NCBI GenBank assembly: GCA_045837725.1
Contig: JBEWZL010000221.1
Span: 1-64,000, forward strand
Reading direction: 5' to 3'
Length of the DNA: 64,000 nucleotides
Source of the DNA: Vermamoeba vermiformis
Taxonomy: Eukaryota
Positions 1 to 11,592 of the stretch are shown here, piece by piece. The notes below the pieces were generated by a model, which saw only the letters and a program-made list of their open reading frames with translations, was not told where the DNA came from and did no database searches. The translations under genes were made by a program, and so were the position numbers. The stretch's first letter is position 1; each line of letters starts with the position of its first letter.

Positions 1-22
1 TAACCCTAACCCTCAACCCTAA
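1..22 (+). repeat. Telomeric repeat (CCCTAA)n at the chromosome end
   Basis: The window begins taaccctaaccctcaaccctaa, with one variant unit; this is the C-rich strand of a TTAGGG telomere. Confidence 0.9.
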
Positions 23-131
23 TGTCACATACATTGGCCATGGGTGGCGGCTGATTTGTACAAATGTTTGATTGGCCTCTGTGGCTGACTTGCCTCACAC
101 CCAACCGCAGCCCCACCAGCCCTAACCCTAA
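23..131 (+). repeat. Telomere-associated sequence ending in an internal CCCTAACCCTAA
   Basis: C-rich degenerate tract (cacacccaaccgcagccccaccagc) followed by ccctaaccctaa at 120-131. Confidence 0.6.
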
Positions 132-3100
132 AGGGTATATAATCAACGTATTTAAAATACAGGTCATTTAAGCTCAACAAGTGAAAACCACGACCTGCAG
201 CTGCGATCAACAACTTTGAACTCAGCAGCACTGACTTCTTAAGTGCTTTGTATTCGGGAGATGGAGCCCGATCGGAGAAATCAAGTTTCGTATAATGGTA
301 GAGGAGATGGCCCAACAATTCTTTCTTTGTCCACTTGTCACTTTCTAGCTTGCGCTCGGCCATGTCCTCGACAGTTCGAGATATCAACATGTAAATGAAT
401 GAGCCATCAACAGGATGTGGCAATGGTCTGCCATTGGCAACATTGTTAAGCTCCAATACTGCAGACTCGTAAGGCAAAGAGAAACGAGTGAGAACAAACT
501 TCTGCGAGATGCGGTGTTTAAGAACCAGTGATCTCGTTCCCATTGTTGGAATCCATTTCAATCCTACTTGGTGTAGCAGGATTACCATTTGTCGGGTAAT
601 GTCCTTGGCTGTGATGGAGTCTTGAACAGGCACAAGATCTTCGTTGCCTTTGCGGAACCTGGCAAAGTTGAACCACCTCAAGGTCCTGCATAGATGAAGC
701 AGTAAGCATCGATGCAAACAATTAATTTGATATACTTCAAACTTACGAATTAATGCTAGGTAGAGATCCAACTGCATGTTTCCATAAATCGATGAAGTCT
801 GTTTCTTGAATGGTCTCCTTGATAGAGGCCAAGTTTGCCGGGAACAATGCAAGCAAAAGGTCAAGTCCATGGGCACCAGCTGAATTGGTCTCAAAGTCTT
901 CAAGGGGACGGATCGAGCAGAGGGATTCAAAAAGTCTTGAGTGCTTGCTAGCAGGAACGTGCATGTGCGTGAAAAGAGTTTTGAAGAGCATAGAAAGCAA
1001 GTTTGAAGCAATGACCATTGACTTGCTCAGGTACAAGGGCTGGATGAGACTAGATCGGCCAACGAAAAACAGTGCTGCTGCTTTTGAGTAGTTGATGGCA
1101 ACATCCATTGCTTGCTCGTATAAATCACTACCAAATGAGCGATAAAACACGCGTCGAGTGAGGGCAAGGGATTGCGAGACCTGCTGATCTTCTTCATCAC
1201 TTGGATCGACACCAACATTTGCTAAGTTAACAAATGTTCGCAAAGGATTCTCGTGATCGAATGTGAATACGCTAACTGGCAAGTGTATGCGATTGAACTT
1301 GCTGATGTTCTCAATCACACCAAGATGCGAGATCAAAGCGGGATTGCGTAGAGTTGGTATAGATCCACTCCATACCAATTGTTGCAACTAATACAAGGTG
1401 TCAGATAATTAATTTGAGTTATTATAGTACTTACGTCCTCCAGTAGTGCCAGGGCATTGACACAATCAACTTGAAATCGATTGTCTTTCGCTAAATCCAA
1501 TTTTCAGTTAGCAAATAAAATTAAACTTAAACCTTGACGTACCGTTAACTAGTCTATCGAATAGTGATCTATATGTTTTGTTCAATAGCCTTGCTTGATA
1601 AGACACCAGTGAGACCAACGACGGAGTACTGATCACTTGGATCGGGCTGAAGCGGATTGTTTCCAACGGAATCTTTGCCTCTGAGTATAGAGTCGATAAT
1701 GCACAGTGCGTTGCTATGCAGTCACGACCCAATTCCCGAAGGGCTTCAAAGGCACACACGAGTTCATATTTGCCCAAGTTGACGAACGAGACTTCCAACC
1801 GAGCACCGTAAGAGCTACCTTGCAGCACAGACAGAACATGTTCAATTCTGTCTTTCTCTGCCGCTGATGACGTGCATTTGTGTCGAATTGCTTCAGCTCT
1901 ACGTAAATGTTAGAATTCTGTTGGTATAATTAATGCGTCATGTTGATACTTACTTGTTAATGATTGATTGCCGAACTTTATTAGATATTGTCGAGCCAAT
2001 AGTGAGGTCTGAATACGGGAGAACAGCTATAATAAATTGTCAGCGATTTTGCAAAGTCAGTTTAAAGCACATACCTGCCACGTAGCTTCCAGCATCAAAA
2101 GGAGCATCATGGCGCCAGAACTCACATCCCGAGAAGTAGCCCTTGACCTCGCAGACGGAATGCTTCATAGAAGTAAAATGGACCATTACGCTTTGAGCTT
2201 GGCCAATGCCCAGGTTCGGGTAAAACTGGATGCTTGGCTTCGGATCTTTTTCAATCTTGGCCTCTTTACATCGGTCATTCGGGACTTGCAAGTGTCTGAT
2301 AGGAGACAGGCGTGAATTTGCTAATGTTGCCAGCCAATTAGGAGAAAACATAACCGTAAATTGATTTCGTCGATGGTGCGTGGGACTAAAAAATTAATTA
2401 ATATAGATAGCATTAGCTTAATTCTGTATTCATACCTTATTACCAATGCCAAGTCTTGAATAAATACGGTGTTCGCAAACAATTCATTTTTTTCGTTGCA
2501 GATCTCAGCCACGTTAAAAGTGCTCTCAACGTGATCAAGGTATGCGCGTATATCGTTATCGTTGGAAATTATGTCCTTGTTTCCAAAATATTGGAACGAG
2601 AAGATAACCTGAACTCTGTAAAATCAATTAGATTCGGAAAAATTTATGACATTGCAATATAAGAACTTACTGCTTGTTAGCAAAGGCAAATTGCTTTGCT
2701 TGTCTTTCGATATAATCAAATGAAGAGGGTGTTATCGTAGCTCTGACATCTTTAGATCGTGGATCTTCTAAAAACTTTGATAAATTTTGCTGTAAGCCAA
2801 CACGGCCAGCCTGAGCTGATTCCTTGATGCCTAAATTAAGAAAATTAACTATCGAATATAAATATTTAATTGATTTAATTACCTTTTAATAACACATCTC
2901 GATAAAAAGCGTAAATTAATTGGCTACGCTGCTTGCTAGTGTAGTTGAATTGCGGGAAACAGGCATAAATACGCCACTTCTGGTCGATGGTGCTGAATTG
3001 TTTTCATATTAGTGACAAATAAAATTAAATTGTTGACACGCACCCAATTTCCACATTCACTCGTGTGTGCAAGGCCACACCATGATACTTGTGCTTGATC

Positions 3101-3783
3101 TTTGACGAAAACAAGTGGTATTGAGGGGCCATGTGCACACGCATTGCTCGCATCAATACCCGAAGCGTATCTGAGTGAATGGCCGTGGCATCCATGTCCA
3201 GTTGTAGTTCAAAGTCGTGAACGCCCGTTGACGGGAATGCAGGAGTGAGAGATACGTATTTTTTTGAGTTGATCCACCTGGACCAGTGGTCTGTACCGTT
3301 GTCGATGTTCTCATCCAAAGGTGGAAGATCGCGCAAGTCTTCGTCAACGATCTCTTCGAGATTCTTCGTGTAAACGCTTCGAAGAACCTCCTCAGCTTGT
3401 ATGGCTTGTTTCAGGAGATTGGTGCGCCCCTCTGATAACGAGACGACACCAAAAATATTATCGGCCTCTGTAATACTAGAAAAATAGTTAGTATTGCTTT
3501 GTACTATCTAATTAACCAACGGAACTTACTGGTCTAATTCGCAGAGGAGCTTGTATCGTTCATTCGGCTCCATGGACATGAATAAGGACGCATCAAGTGC
3601 TGTCGTTTCAGTTCCGCAAAAAGAGATGTAATCTTCTGCAGAGAGGAGCGGCTCATTGATTGGTTCCTCTTCTTTCTTGACATCTGCTGTTTGAGTCTCG
3701 AATAACTCCGAGTCTTCGCCAGGATCTGGCACGACAACATAGTCATCTTCTTTAAAATCGGACAATGGCTCCAATCGTTGCAT
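25..3783 (-). CDS. Large multi-exon orphan protein of the terminal module; possible frame lesion near 2.7 kb
   Basis: ORFs 3526-3783, 3025-3336, 2321-2512, 2040-2351, 1508-1828, 743-1387 and 25-1011 join through short GT-AG introns. Motifs: LQLDMDA, LHTRVNVEIG, RIYACFP, FIQDLAL, KGYFSGCE, YGARLEV. I could not splice 2670-2760 cleanly in frame. Confidence 0.65.
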
Positions 3784-3852
3784 TCTAGAAATACAATTTA
3801 TTTAGTACACGAATTCCACACTGGGTGGAAATAAAATAAAACCGGATCGAGA

Positions 3853-5963
3853 TCAATGAAAAGTTTGTATCGAGTTTTTGCAAGGCCACGGAGTAAAATA
3901 ATTTTGGGGTAAATTCGTTGGAAACTCTCCAGATCGGATCATCATCCAATCGGTTTCCAAACGACCAAAGTCAGAGATTTGCTGCACAACGGTAGCAAAA
4001 GCCACATCCGTAAATAAGACTGCTGGAACCAGCTTGCAAAGGGCAACGAATGCCAAAACTTCGCTTTTAAATCTAAAATATTACTATTATTATCTTCGTA
4101 ACTCACATAGTGGTAGGTATTAATAACTTACCGACGGAAAACAGTTTTTCGATCCGCAACATTAGCTCCAAAATCCCTTGGAAACGCTCCTGATGCAAGC
4201 ATATTGCTATACGATGGCATTCCCTCGAGTTTGTTTAGCAGAGCTTCGTTTATAGATGCTTCCGAAACTTTGACAGACTTGGATTGAGACTGCTCAAAGT
4301 CCAGTTTGAGCTGTGCTTGTAGACTCTCGAGCACAGTACCAATGACGAATAATTGCGTGTTTTTTGCAATCTAAAAGCCACTTTTAGTAATGTGTTGCCG
4401 ACTGCCGTACAAATTCGAAGCAAACTTACCCTTAGATGTCTTCGTGTTTTGAGACCAATAGCACACGACTTCGAGCAGGCCTCAAATATATCATCTCGTG
4501 ATATACCGGTCAAGTCGTTGTTCCAGCACTTGACAAAATGTGACGGGATCAAGGTCATTGGACTATCAGGCACAGCGACAACAATATTGCTCAAGCTCTC
4601 TCCAGCTTGAATTTGAGCAGTGACTTTGTCGAACAAGTCACTATCAAAGTATCGCTTACTGAGAGTAAGCACGAGTGACGCAGATTTACCTAAATGGAGA
4701 TGGAATACAAGTTCGTTACTGATATTCAAATCTAATCAACTAACTTGACTTACTGTGGATTTTTGAGGCGGACAAATCTGGACTCTCTTCCGGCTCTGAC
4801 TCTGATTCACTGGATTTGGATTTAGAGTTCGATTTTGATTTCTTTGTCTTCTTCTTATCTTTCACGGTGGAATTGCTCTTTTTCTAAGTGAAATAATTTA
4901 CGTTAGTGATAATTGAATAATTATTATTTTAAATACAACGTACCGATTTATTCTGCTCTGCCTCCGAATCTGACTCGTCGGAGTCATCAACTTCAATAAT
5001 TGCTCTAATTACATGATTTTTCGGGTGAACTAGTTCATACAATTATTAGTATAATTTGGCAATAAATAACCGAATTAAATTACCTTTTTTAGATCCGATC
5101 TTGACACCAACCAGCTTGTTCTTTTTAATAATTAAGCGTGCCTTATTTTCCCCAAGGAACTTGACACACATCGAAATTCCTTGAGTGACAGACACTGTTT
5201 AAAACATTAGTGTCTGACACGATTGATTAAGCAATAGCATACCTTCTTCTATATTTTTAATTTCGTTGTCATCATTCTCTAATTTTTTGGTACGGAGTGG
5301 TAGTGGTGAGAGTGGTGGTTTTGGCTCTTCATCAACATTGACAGCTTGATCTGACTCGAGATCACTGACATTCGCGGAACCAAAATCCTCTTCTTCTTGC
5401 GAATCAGGAGGTGAAACTGATTGCAATCCGATAAGCTGGTAATACCATTAGCTGTGGTTGTGGTATGAAATTCAAATTTTTTTGTTTACCTTGAGTCGTT
5501 TCCGGGCCAGCTCTTGAGTCACTTCAATGCGTTTACGCTTTTCGCCAATGGACGAGCTTTCGTTGATTTTTTGCTGAATTTGGGCCACCTCCAAGCATTT
5601 TTCGAAGCAACCTTCCTTGTAGACAGGATTGTGGATGCGCGCATCGAGAAAAGCTTTGACGTCATCCCTATTAATAAAAGACTTACGCAGCACTCGAACA
5701 GCGTAGATAATACTTACGAAATAGCGAGTGGCTGCTGGATTCACTTTGTCAACAGCGAACTTTCTTGATTTTGCCCATTGGAGGACTCGTTTGATTGCCG
5801 ATTCTCTGTTGTCTTTCGAGTGTTTGGATAGATTGTCGAAAACATTCGACAAGCATCCAAGAAAAAGAGATAGATAATTGTAAAATTTCGGGCTTGATTC
5901 TCGATCCGGTATTATCACACACTCGCAAAGAATTTTCTTGTAATAGTTATCTAAATCGGACAT
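3853..5963 (-). CDS. Multi-exon orphan protein with acidic and Lys/Ser-rich middle
   Basis: ATG at 5963 (MSDLDNYY). Exons 5490-5963, 5243-5436, 4250-4729 part, 4128-4334 and 3853-4056 are linked by GT-AG introns; stop at 3853. Confidence 0.6.
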
Positions 5964-6376
5964 ACCGTGCGATACAATGCCGGGTTGACTTGTGGTTGTG
6001 GTTGGTATTGCGTGAAATAAATTGATTGATTACTAAAAGTCGTCGAGGCAGGTCTTTTATGTCTTTCTACGGGAATAACGGCTCTATTTAACGGTAACAA
6101 AGACCATGATTTTGCGCGGGAACAGGTCGTGGTGCTATGCGGAACGTCTGCACGGATTAAGGTTGAAGGCTGCACGAGCGAGGATCCGCCATCCGTCGCA
6201 ATGGCCAACTTTTGAATGAAAATCGAAACTATTCTCCTCCTGACACAATAGGTAATGTACAGTATGATACGAATCTAAGTATCAACATCATAATCCAAAA
6301 CAAGTCGAAACTGCATGACACGCAATATTAAATCAGATGGCGCCGTTTATTTAAATCTGATTTTGAAATACAAAGG

Positions 6377-7931
6377 ATGCCAGAAGACGGAGAAGTTCGT
6401 GCCTCTGGAAAGCTGCTGCATCAATGTACGACTCTGGGCTTGGAGTGCGTATTAATTTGATTCATTCAGGCGTTGGATGGCAATTGACCAGAGCTTTTAA
6501 AACATGCTACAGCAAATGGTGCGTCGAAGCTATGAATATTATGCAATCACAGTTGCCCTTGACGATAGCAGATGTAAGCAGAAAAAATAATTATTATTAT
6601 CGTAATTTTGTTCGCGTTATTTAATTTAGTAGGTCCAAACACAAGGCAAAGAACTGGCGTTAATATTTGGCAATCAATGTTGCTTATTATTTAACTTGGG
6701 GACTGGGGCTGCATTTCACGTGGGACGATCTGAAGAGAAAAACTCGAGCCCACTCGATTACAGAACGAATCTAGCTTTATCATGCTCAAACAGAATGACA
6801 ATCTTTATTGTAGATTGTCATAACACTCAAAATCAGGTGCGGTTGTGTTGGAGAGATAAAACTGCCCCGATCTGGACTGCCGGTCGTGGACCCGATCTGC
6901 TTGACATTGAAGAACAGCATATCATTAACCACGTCTCTGCCTACGTCGAAAATCAGCAGTATCAGAAGTATTTCGAGGTAACAATCGCCATCTGTTCGTT
7001 TTTTAAACTAATTAATTACAGAAAGCAACTCTAATCGAGTGCTTAATCAATCAAAGCTTATTTAATGGCATTGGTGCGTATACTTCTTCGGAAACTTGCT
7101 TTTGGTTGCTCGAGTTAAAAGGTACGATGCCATTTTTAGATCTTGTTCGGAGTAGAATCTTGTTTATTTATTTTTGCAGGAGTACGACCGTGGATTAATT
7201 TCAAAGCCTTCTGTCAGCAATCCGCCGATAATTTACGCATTTTGGTGCGTATTATTCGCGTCTATTTCCGCTTCATGGAAAAGTACATTTCAATACACGG
7301 TGCCCAATATACGTGCATTGATTTCAACGAATGGAAGTGGCAGAATTTTAGATCTGTGTTTTTGCGCTGCTATAGACAGCCAAGTACTCTCCTGAAGGGC
7401 CAACGGGTCAAGATCCAGAAATTCTCATTCGGCATCTCCAAAACGGGAAGTAATGGCATGAAGATAACTCGCTCAAAAGCTCAGTGTTTTACTCCCATCC
7501 TTAACGATGACGAAACACCGCCAACCAATTGGGAAGAAAAAAAAGTGAATCCGATCGGCAGAAACTCGTTGGGTGTAGGCTGGTTCAGCTGGTATGGCTC
7601 AACTGATCGCAGAATTACTCTCAATAGTCAGCGCAAAGATGTATGTATACGTTTCTAGTGAATACATTCATAATTTTTATTCGAGGCTATTCAACTTCGG
7701 CCTCCGACAAAAGATCTGCTTCTTAGAGCAAATACGCCAGAAGTACGACATGGCAACGATTTTGACGATGACATTGAGAGCGAAGAGGACTGTGAGCTAG
7801 AAGCAGAAGAGTTAGAACAGGAAAACTTTCAATTGCCTGCCGTAACTACAAAGAAAAGAGAATCACAGCGAATGCGAGTCGTTACTTGCCTAAACAAAGA
7901 AATGGCAGATATAGTTAAACAAATAAATTAA
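6377..7931 (+). CDS. Divergent Fpg/Nei family (NEIL1-like) DNA glycosylase/AP lyase
   Basis: The spliced product begins MPEDGEVR (catalytic Pro2-Glu3). It continues QGKELALIF..FNLGTG (cf. NEIL1 RGKELRL..FGMSG), IFIVD, WTAGRGPDLL (cf. WQPGRGPCVL), the H2TH motif LIECLINQSLFNGIGAYTSSE..GVRP (cf. ICEALLDQRFFNGIGNYLRAE) and FLRCY, then an acidic tail. Five short introns. Confidence 0.85.
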
Positions 7932-7936
7932 ATTTA

Positions 7937-9350
7937 TTAATTCGAATCCGTAACGGATCCAGACTCGTACCCCCACATTGACGGAGTACACTCATCATCA
8001 CGATTTGGACTCAAAACAATTGCAGTAAGCTCGCTTAGTCCACCATCAAGGTCGTGATGAGGTACAGGAGAGGTCTGTTTGAAACGTGAGAACCGGCTCT
8101 TTGTTGAACTTCGCTGAATTAATACGTCGTTTCGTAATACTGGAGTACTGTGTCGATCAATATCATCAACTTGAATATATTCTGCAGTGTCACGGCAGAG
8201 AATTTGCTCAAAAAATGCTCCTTTTTGATAGAGCATCTTTCCAATCTGCTTTCGCTTTTCAATGGCAAGGCGAACAGCTCTTTCAATATGATCCTCGATA
8301 TCAATAGAATCGATAGAATAGTCTTCCGAGACCCTTGGCCTTTCTTGGACCTGTAATCGAGATTCAGAACGATCTGCTGCGTAAAATTATCTGAAAGGAT
8401 TTACCTGAAATGATCCGCCACTGAATACTACATGAAAGTATTCATCCAATCGCGTTTCTACCAGAATTTTTCTGTCTTGAATTAATTTAATCGTGACTGA
8501 TCGAGTTTTCAGATCTCACCGCATTCTCTCGAGTTGTGCTCCTGGTCTTGTCTGTTTGGGCCGAGTACTCCTCAGTATTGAATTTAATATTGCGAGGTCG
8601 AACCAGTAGCCCTCACGGGTGCATTGGTTAATGTTAACTCGCAGATCGGAAATATTTATTTCTGTAATTATATCAGTACCGTAATACTAATTGTAAATAA
8701 ATTTGCTTACTTGAACTATGGTACTGTTCTTTGGCAAGTTGTTTGATTTTTGAAAGCCCGATCGACGTAAAGTTTGCAATTCCCAAAGGACTAAGCATCA
8801 GCCGGCGGGTGTCATTATGAAATAGAATTCGGTGTTCCTTAAAATATCTAAGATTCGTTAGGATTAGCTTGCACAAAATAATAACTTACGTGTAGTCCTG
8901 ATCGAGTGACATGTCAAACTGAATTTGCTTACTAAGTAAATTTTATAAGCTATTTTAACCACAATTGTTAATGTTGACTATCCATTAAGTCTAACGATGC
9001 ATCGACGTAACCGAACTCAAGCTACTAATCCGGAAGATCAACAAATTGATCAGAGATCACAAAAAGTTGCCAAACAAATTGAATTGCCTCAATGATAACG
9101 ATCTATGCATTGATCGTGCAGCATTTAGTCGCTTAGTTTAGTAAGTGGTAAAATTAAGCGCATTTTAGACCTGATCGACTCTAACAAAATATTTACAGTG
9201 AAATAACTAATTCAATTAAAGCGGACACCTACTGGAACGGTGATGCTCTATTTATTCTACATTTAATTTCCGAACAATTCCTTTCTGAGTTTTTTGAGCT
9301 TTGTCGGATGAAGGCCAAAACCGAAGATCGCGTTACTATCACCGCTGACA
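7937..9350 (-). CDS. Hypothetical multi-exon orphan gene, convergent with the Nei-like gene; start uncertain
   Basis: ORF pieces 7937-8236, 8119-8304 and 8673-8876, with minus-strand splice signals (ttac/ctcac on +). Its stop is 5 bp from the Nei-like stop. Confidence 0.4.
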
Positions 9351-9885
9351 ATTTAAAATCGTTTATCAACACTCAAAATAGCAATCCGATATAATTTTGT
9401 AAGCCCAAGTTGTTATTCTTGCTCAATAAATCACTCGAGCAATTTCTAACTGTCGTTAATTGAATCGCGCCTGGATACCACAATTAACGTAGCATAGACC
9501 TTCCTATTTTTCGAGATTTTAGAATATATCATTAGCCAATCCTCCGTGCAGAGGTGTCAAACGTGACACCTGAGGACTTCGCGCATCTAGAATCTTAAGC
9601 CTGCAATAATTCTTACTTAAGTGTAAATTTACTGTAAGTAAATTTATCTTTTAAATGGCGGATGGATCGTTTTCAATCCAATCCAGAAAGTCTCCAACCG
9701 AGTTGGCCGTACTCATTGTTTGGACTCGTCCAAATAATCACTTATATTGAAAATTATTGAATCGTATTAGTACGATATTCTCTTTTAATTTAAATGCAGT
9801 TATTACTTGATTCGCAGATTTGTAACTCGATTTTACTGTTATTTATTAAGAGATGTAGCCGAGTGTCAATGACGCGACGATGCTA

Positions 9886-10063
9886 AGAGGGTCGCCAATG
9901 ACCCGTTGGCAGAGTTACACATGACATTTTGCATACTTTCTGCTGGCGTGATCGCGACACATCTGCAGCTATTTTCGGCTGGGCTAGAGGAGAGGGTCGC
10001 CAAGGACCCGTCTAATAGCTCAAAGAGCTCTAAGTCTTGCGGAGAGGGTCGCCAATGACCCGT
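9886..10063. repeat. Three copies of the 21-bp palindromic repeat AGAGGGTCGCCAAKGACCCGT
   Basis: Copies at 9886, 9991 and 10043 with a GGGTC-N6-GACCC inverted core; the spacers are unrelated to each other. Confidence 0.9.
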
Positions 10064-11592
10064 CTGCGTGACTGTGGGCTCCATAGCCAGATGCAACGGA
10101 TGCTGTCGTGCTTCCACAACAGAGCATTTAAACTCCATTTTTACAATATTTATTATTGTCAATTATCGATTATCTGCACTTTGAACTAAATATAAGAATT
10201 AAAGCCAAAGAAACGGTTTTAATTAATTGGAGAATTTATTTCGGATCGTGTGTTTGTCACAGGCCTGTTCGTGCCCTTTACCGTCCAATGTCTGGACGGT
10301 GTAATTACAATCGCAAAGCAATGGTCTCGTAAAGGTCTCACCTACGAGCGCGCTTCGTTTGGAACCTTGCTTCACGCCAGATGACAGGAGTGAGAGCTGT
10401 GCCGAATCAGATAATCCGAATCACGGAGTTGTCTCGTGCTTGAGAGACAGATTGGGCACCATTAATTGTAATTATAAAGTAAAGAAAAACACCTGTGGTC
10501 GAATGAACAAATAATGCGTAAAACTTGACCGTTGCGAGCATCGGTGTGGTTATTCAGTGAAAATTCGGGAAACGAAATCTCCGCAAGATCCTCTCGGTTT
10601 GATTTTGTTGCAACGGTCAACAAGAAGAGCTCACGAGAAATATCGAGGTGTTAAAACTATGGCACAGATGCACGCACCGATGCAGTCATTCCTCCCGGGT
10701 ACCTTCGCTAGATTACTCGGAACGAGATACGAACTTGACAGATTGACTTCGTAAGATCTTAGCGTGGCCACTACCACTGATGGTTTCTCAATTGGCAATT
10801 TGTACTCGCGCACAAAGGTTAGTTGCTTGTGCAGAATACACCACAGCTCTACAAGTTGATGGCGAATTGAATTGAAATCGAATCCGTTCTTGGTCTCAAA
10901 ATGGTTAGTAATTTATTTAATAAATTAGCACATATCATTTCAAGATTCACGTGAATCACGAACCAATTAATGCTGTCATTATAAATTTATTTCACTTAGT
11001 TAATATTCGATAGATTTGCAAGTTTGCCGTGAGAGCTCATGGAACTGGAGCACGTAAGTACTGCAACTGTGTTATATGTGTTCGTGTACATTTGCCTAAA
11101 CTCTTAATTCAGGTTGGTGAGCTTTGATATCGAACATTTGATGGACGTGGACGAGTCTGCTCAGCAAGCCCTGAAGTGCCTCACCGCAGCCAGCAAATAG
11201 TGCGAAAGTTTTGAACCTCACTGTCTGTGTATCGAGCTCACAGAGGAGTGCTACCCACTTGTGCTAAGGTTGTTCAAGCTCGCAATCATCTCGTGTTGGT
11301 ACCGTCTCGAAGGAGAACTCACGGACTTATGGTACTCGACTCACCACATCCCGCAAATGTACTGCAACGGGTGTGCAATCTTGTGTTCATGGAGCACGCA
11401 TGCGTGCCACTAAAACTGCTCTCCATCGACAAGCTCTTCTGCGTTGCGATCCGCAGGTTATTATTATTAAGTCTGTCCAAATTTGTAATTTGTAATTCCC
11501 TATTAAATAACTTAAATATGTTTAGTCGTGTCACTACAGATTTACTATCAGGTTGAATATTTTTTTTTATTTAGACGAAAGTTCATTTCTTA

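Noticed and set aside
10300-11556. Additional genes between the arrays
   Set aside because: Short ORFs lie on both strands with a few splice-like signals, but there is no coherent model or recognisable motif.
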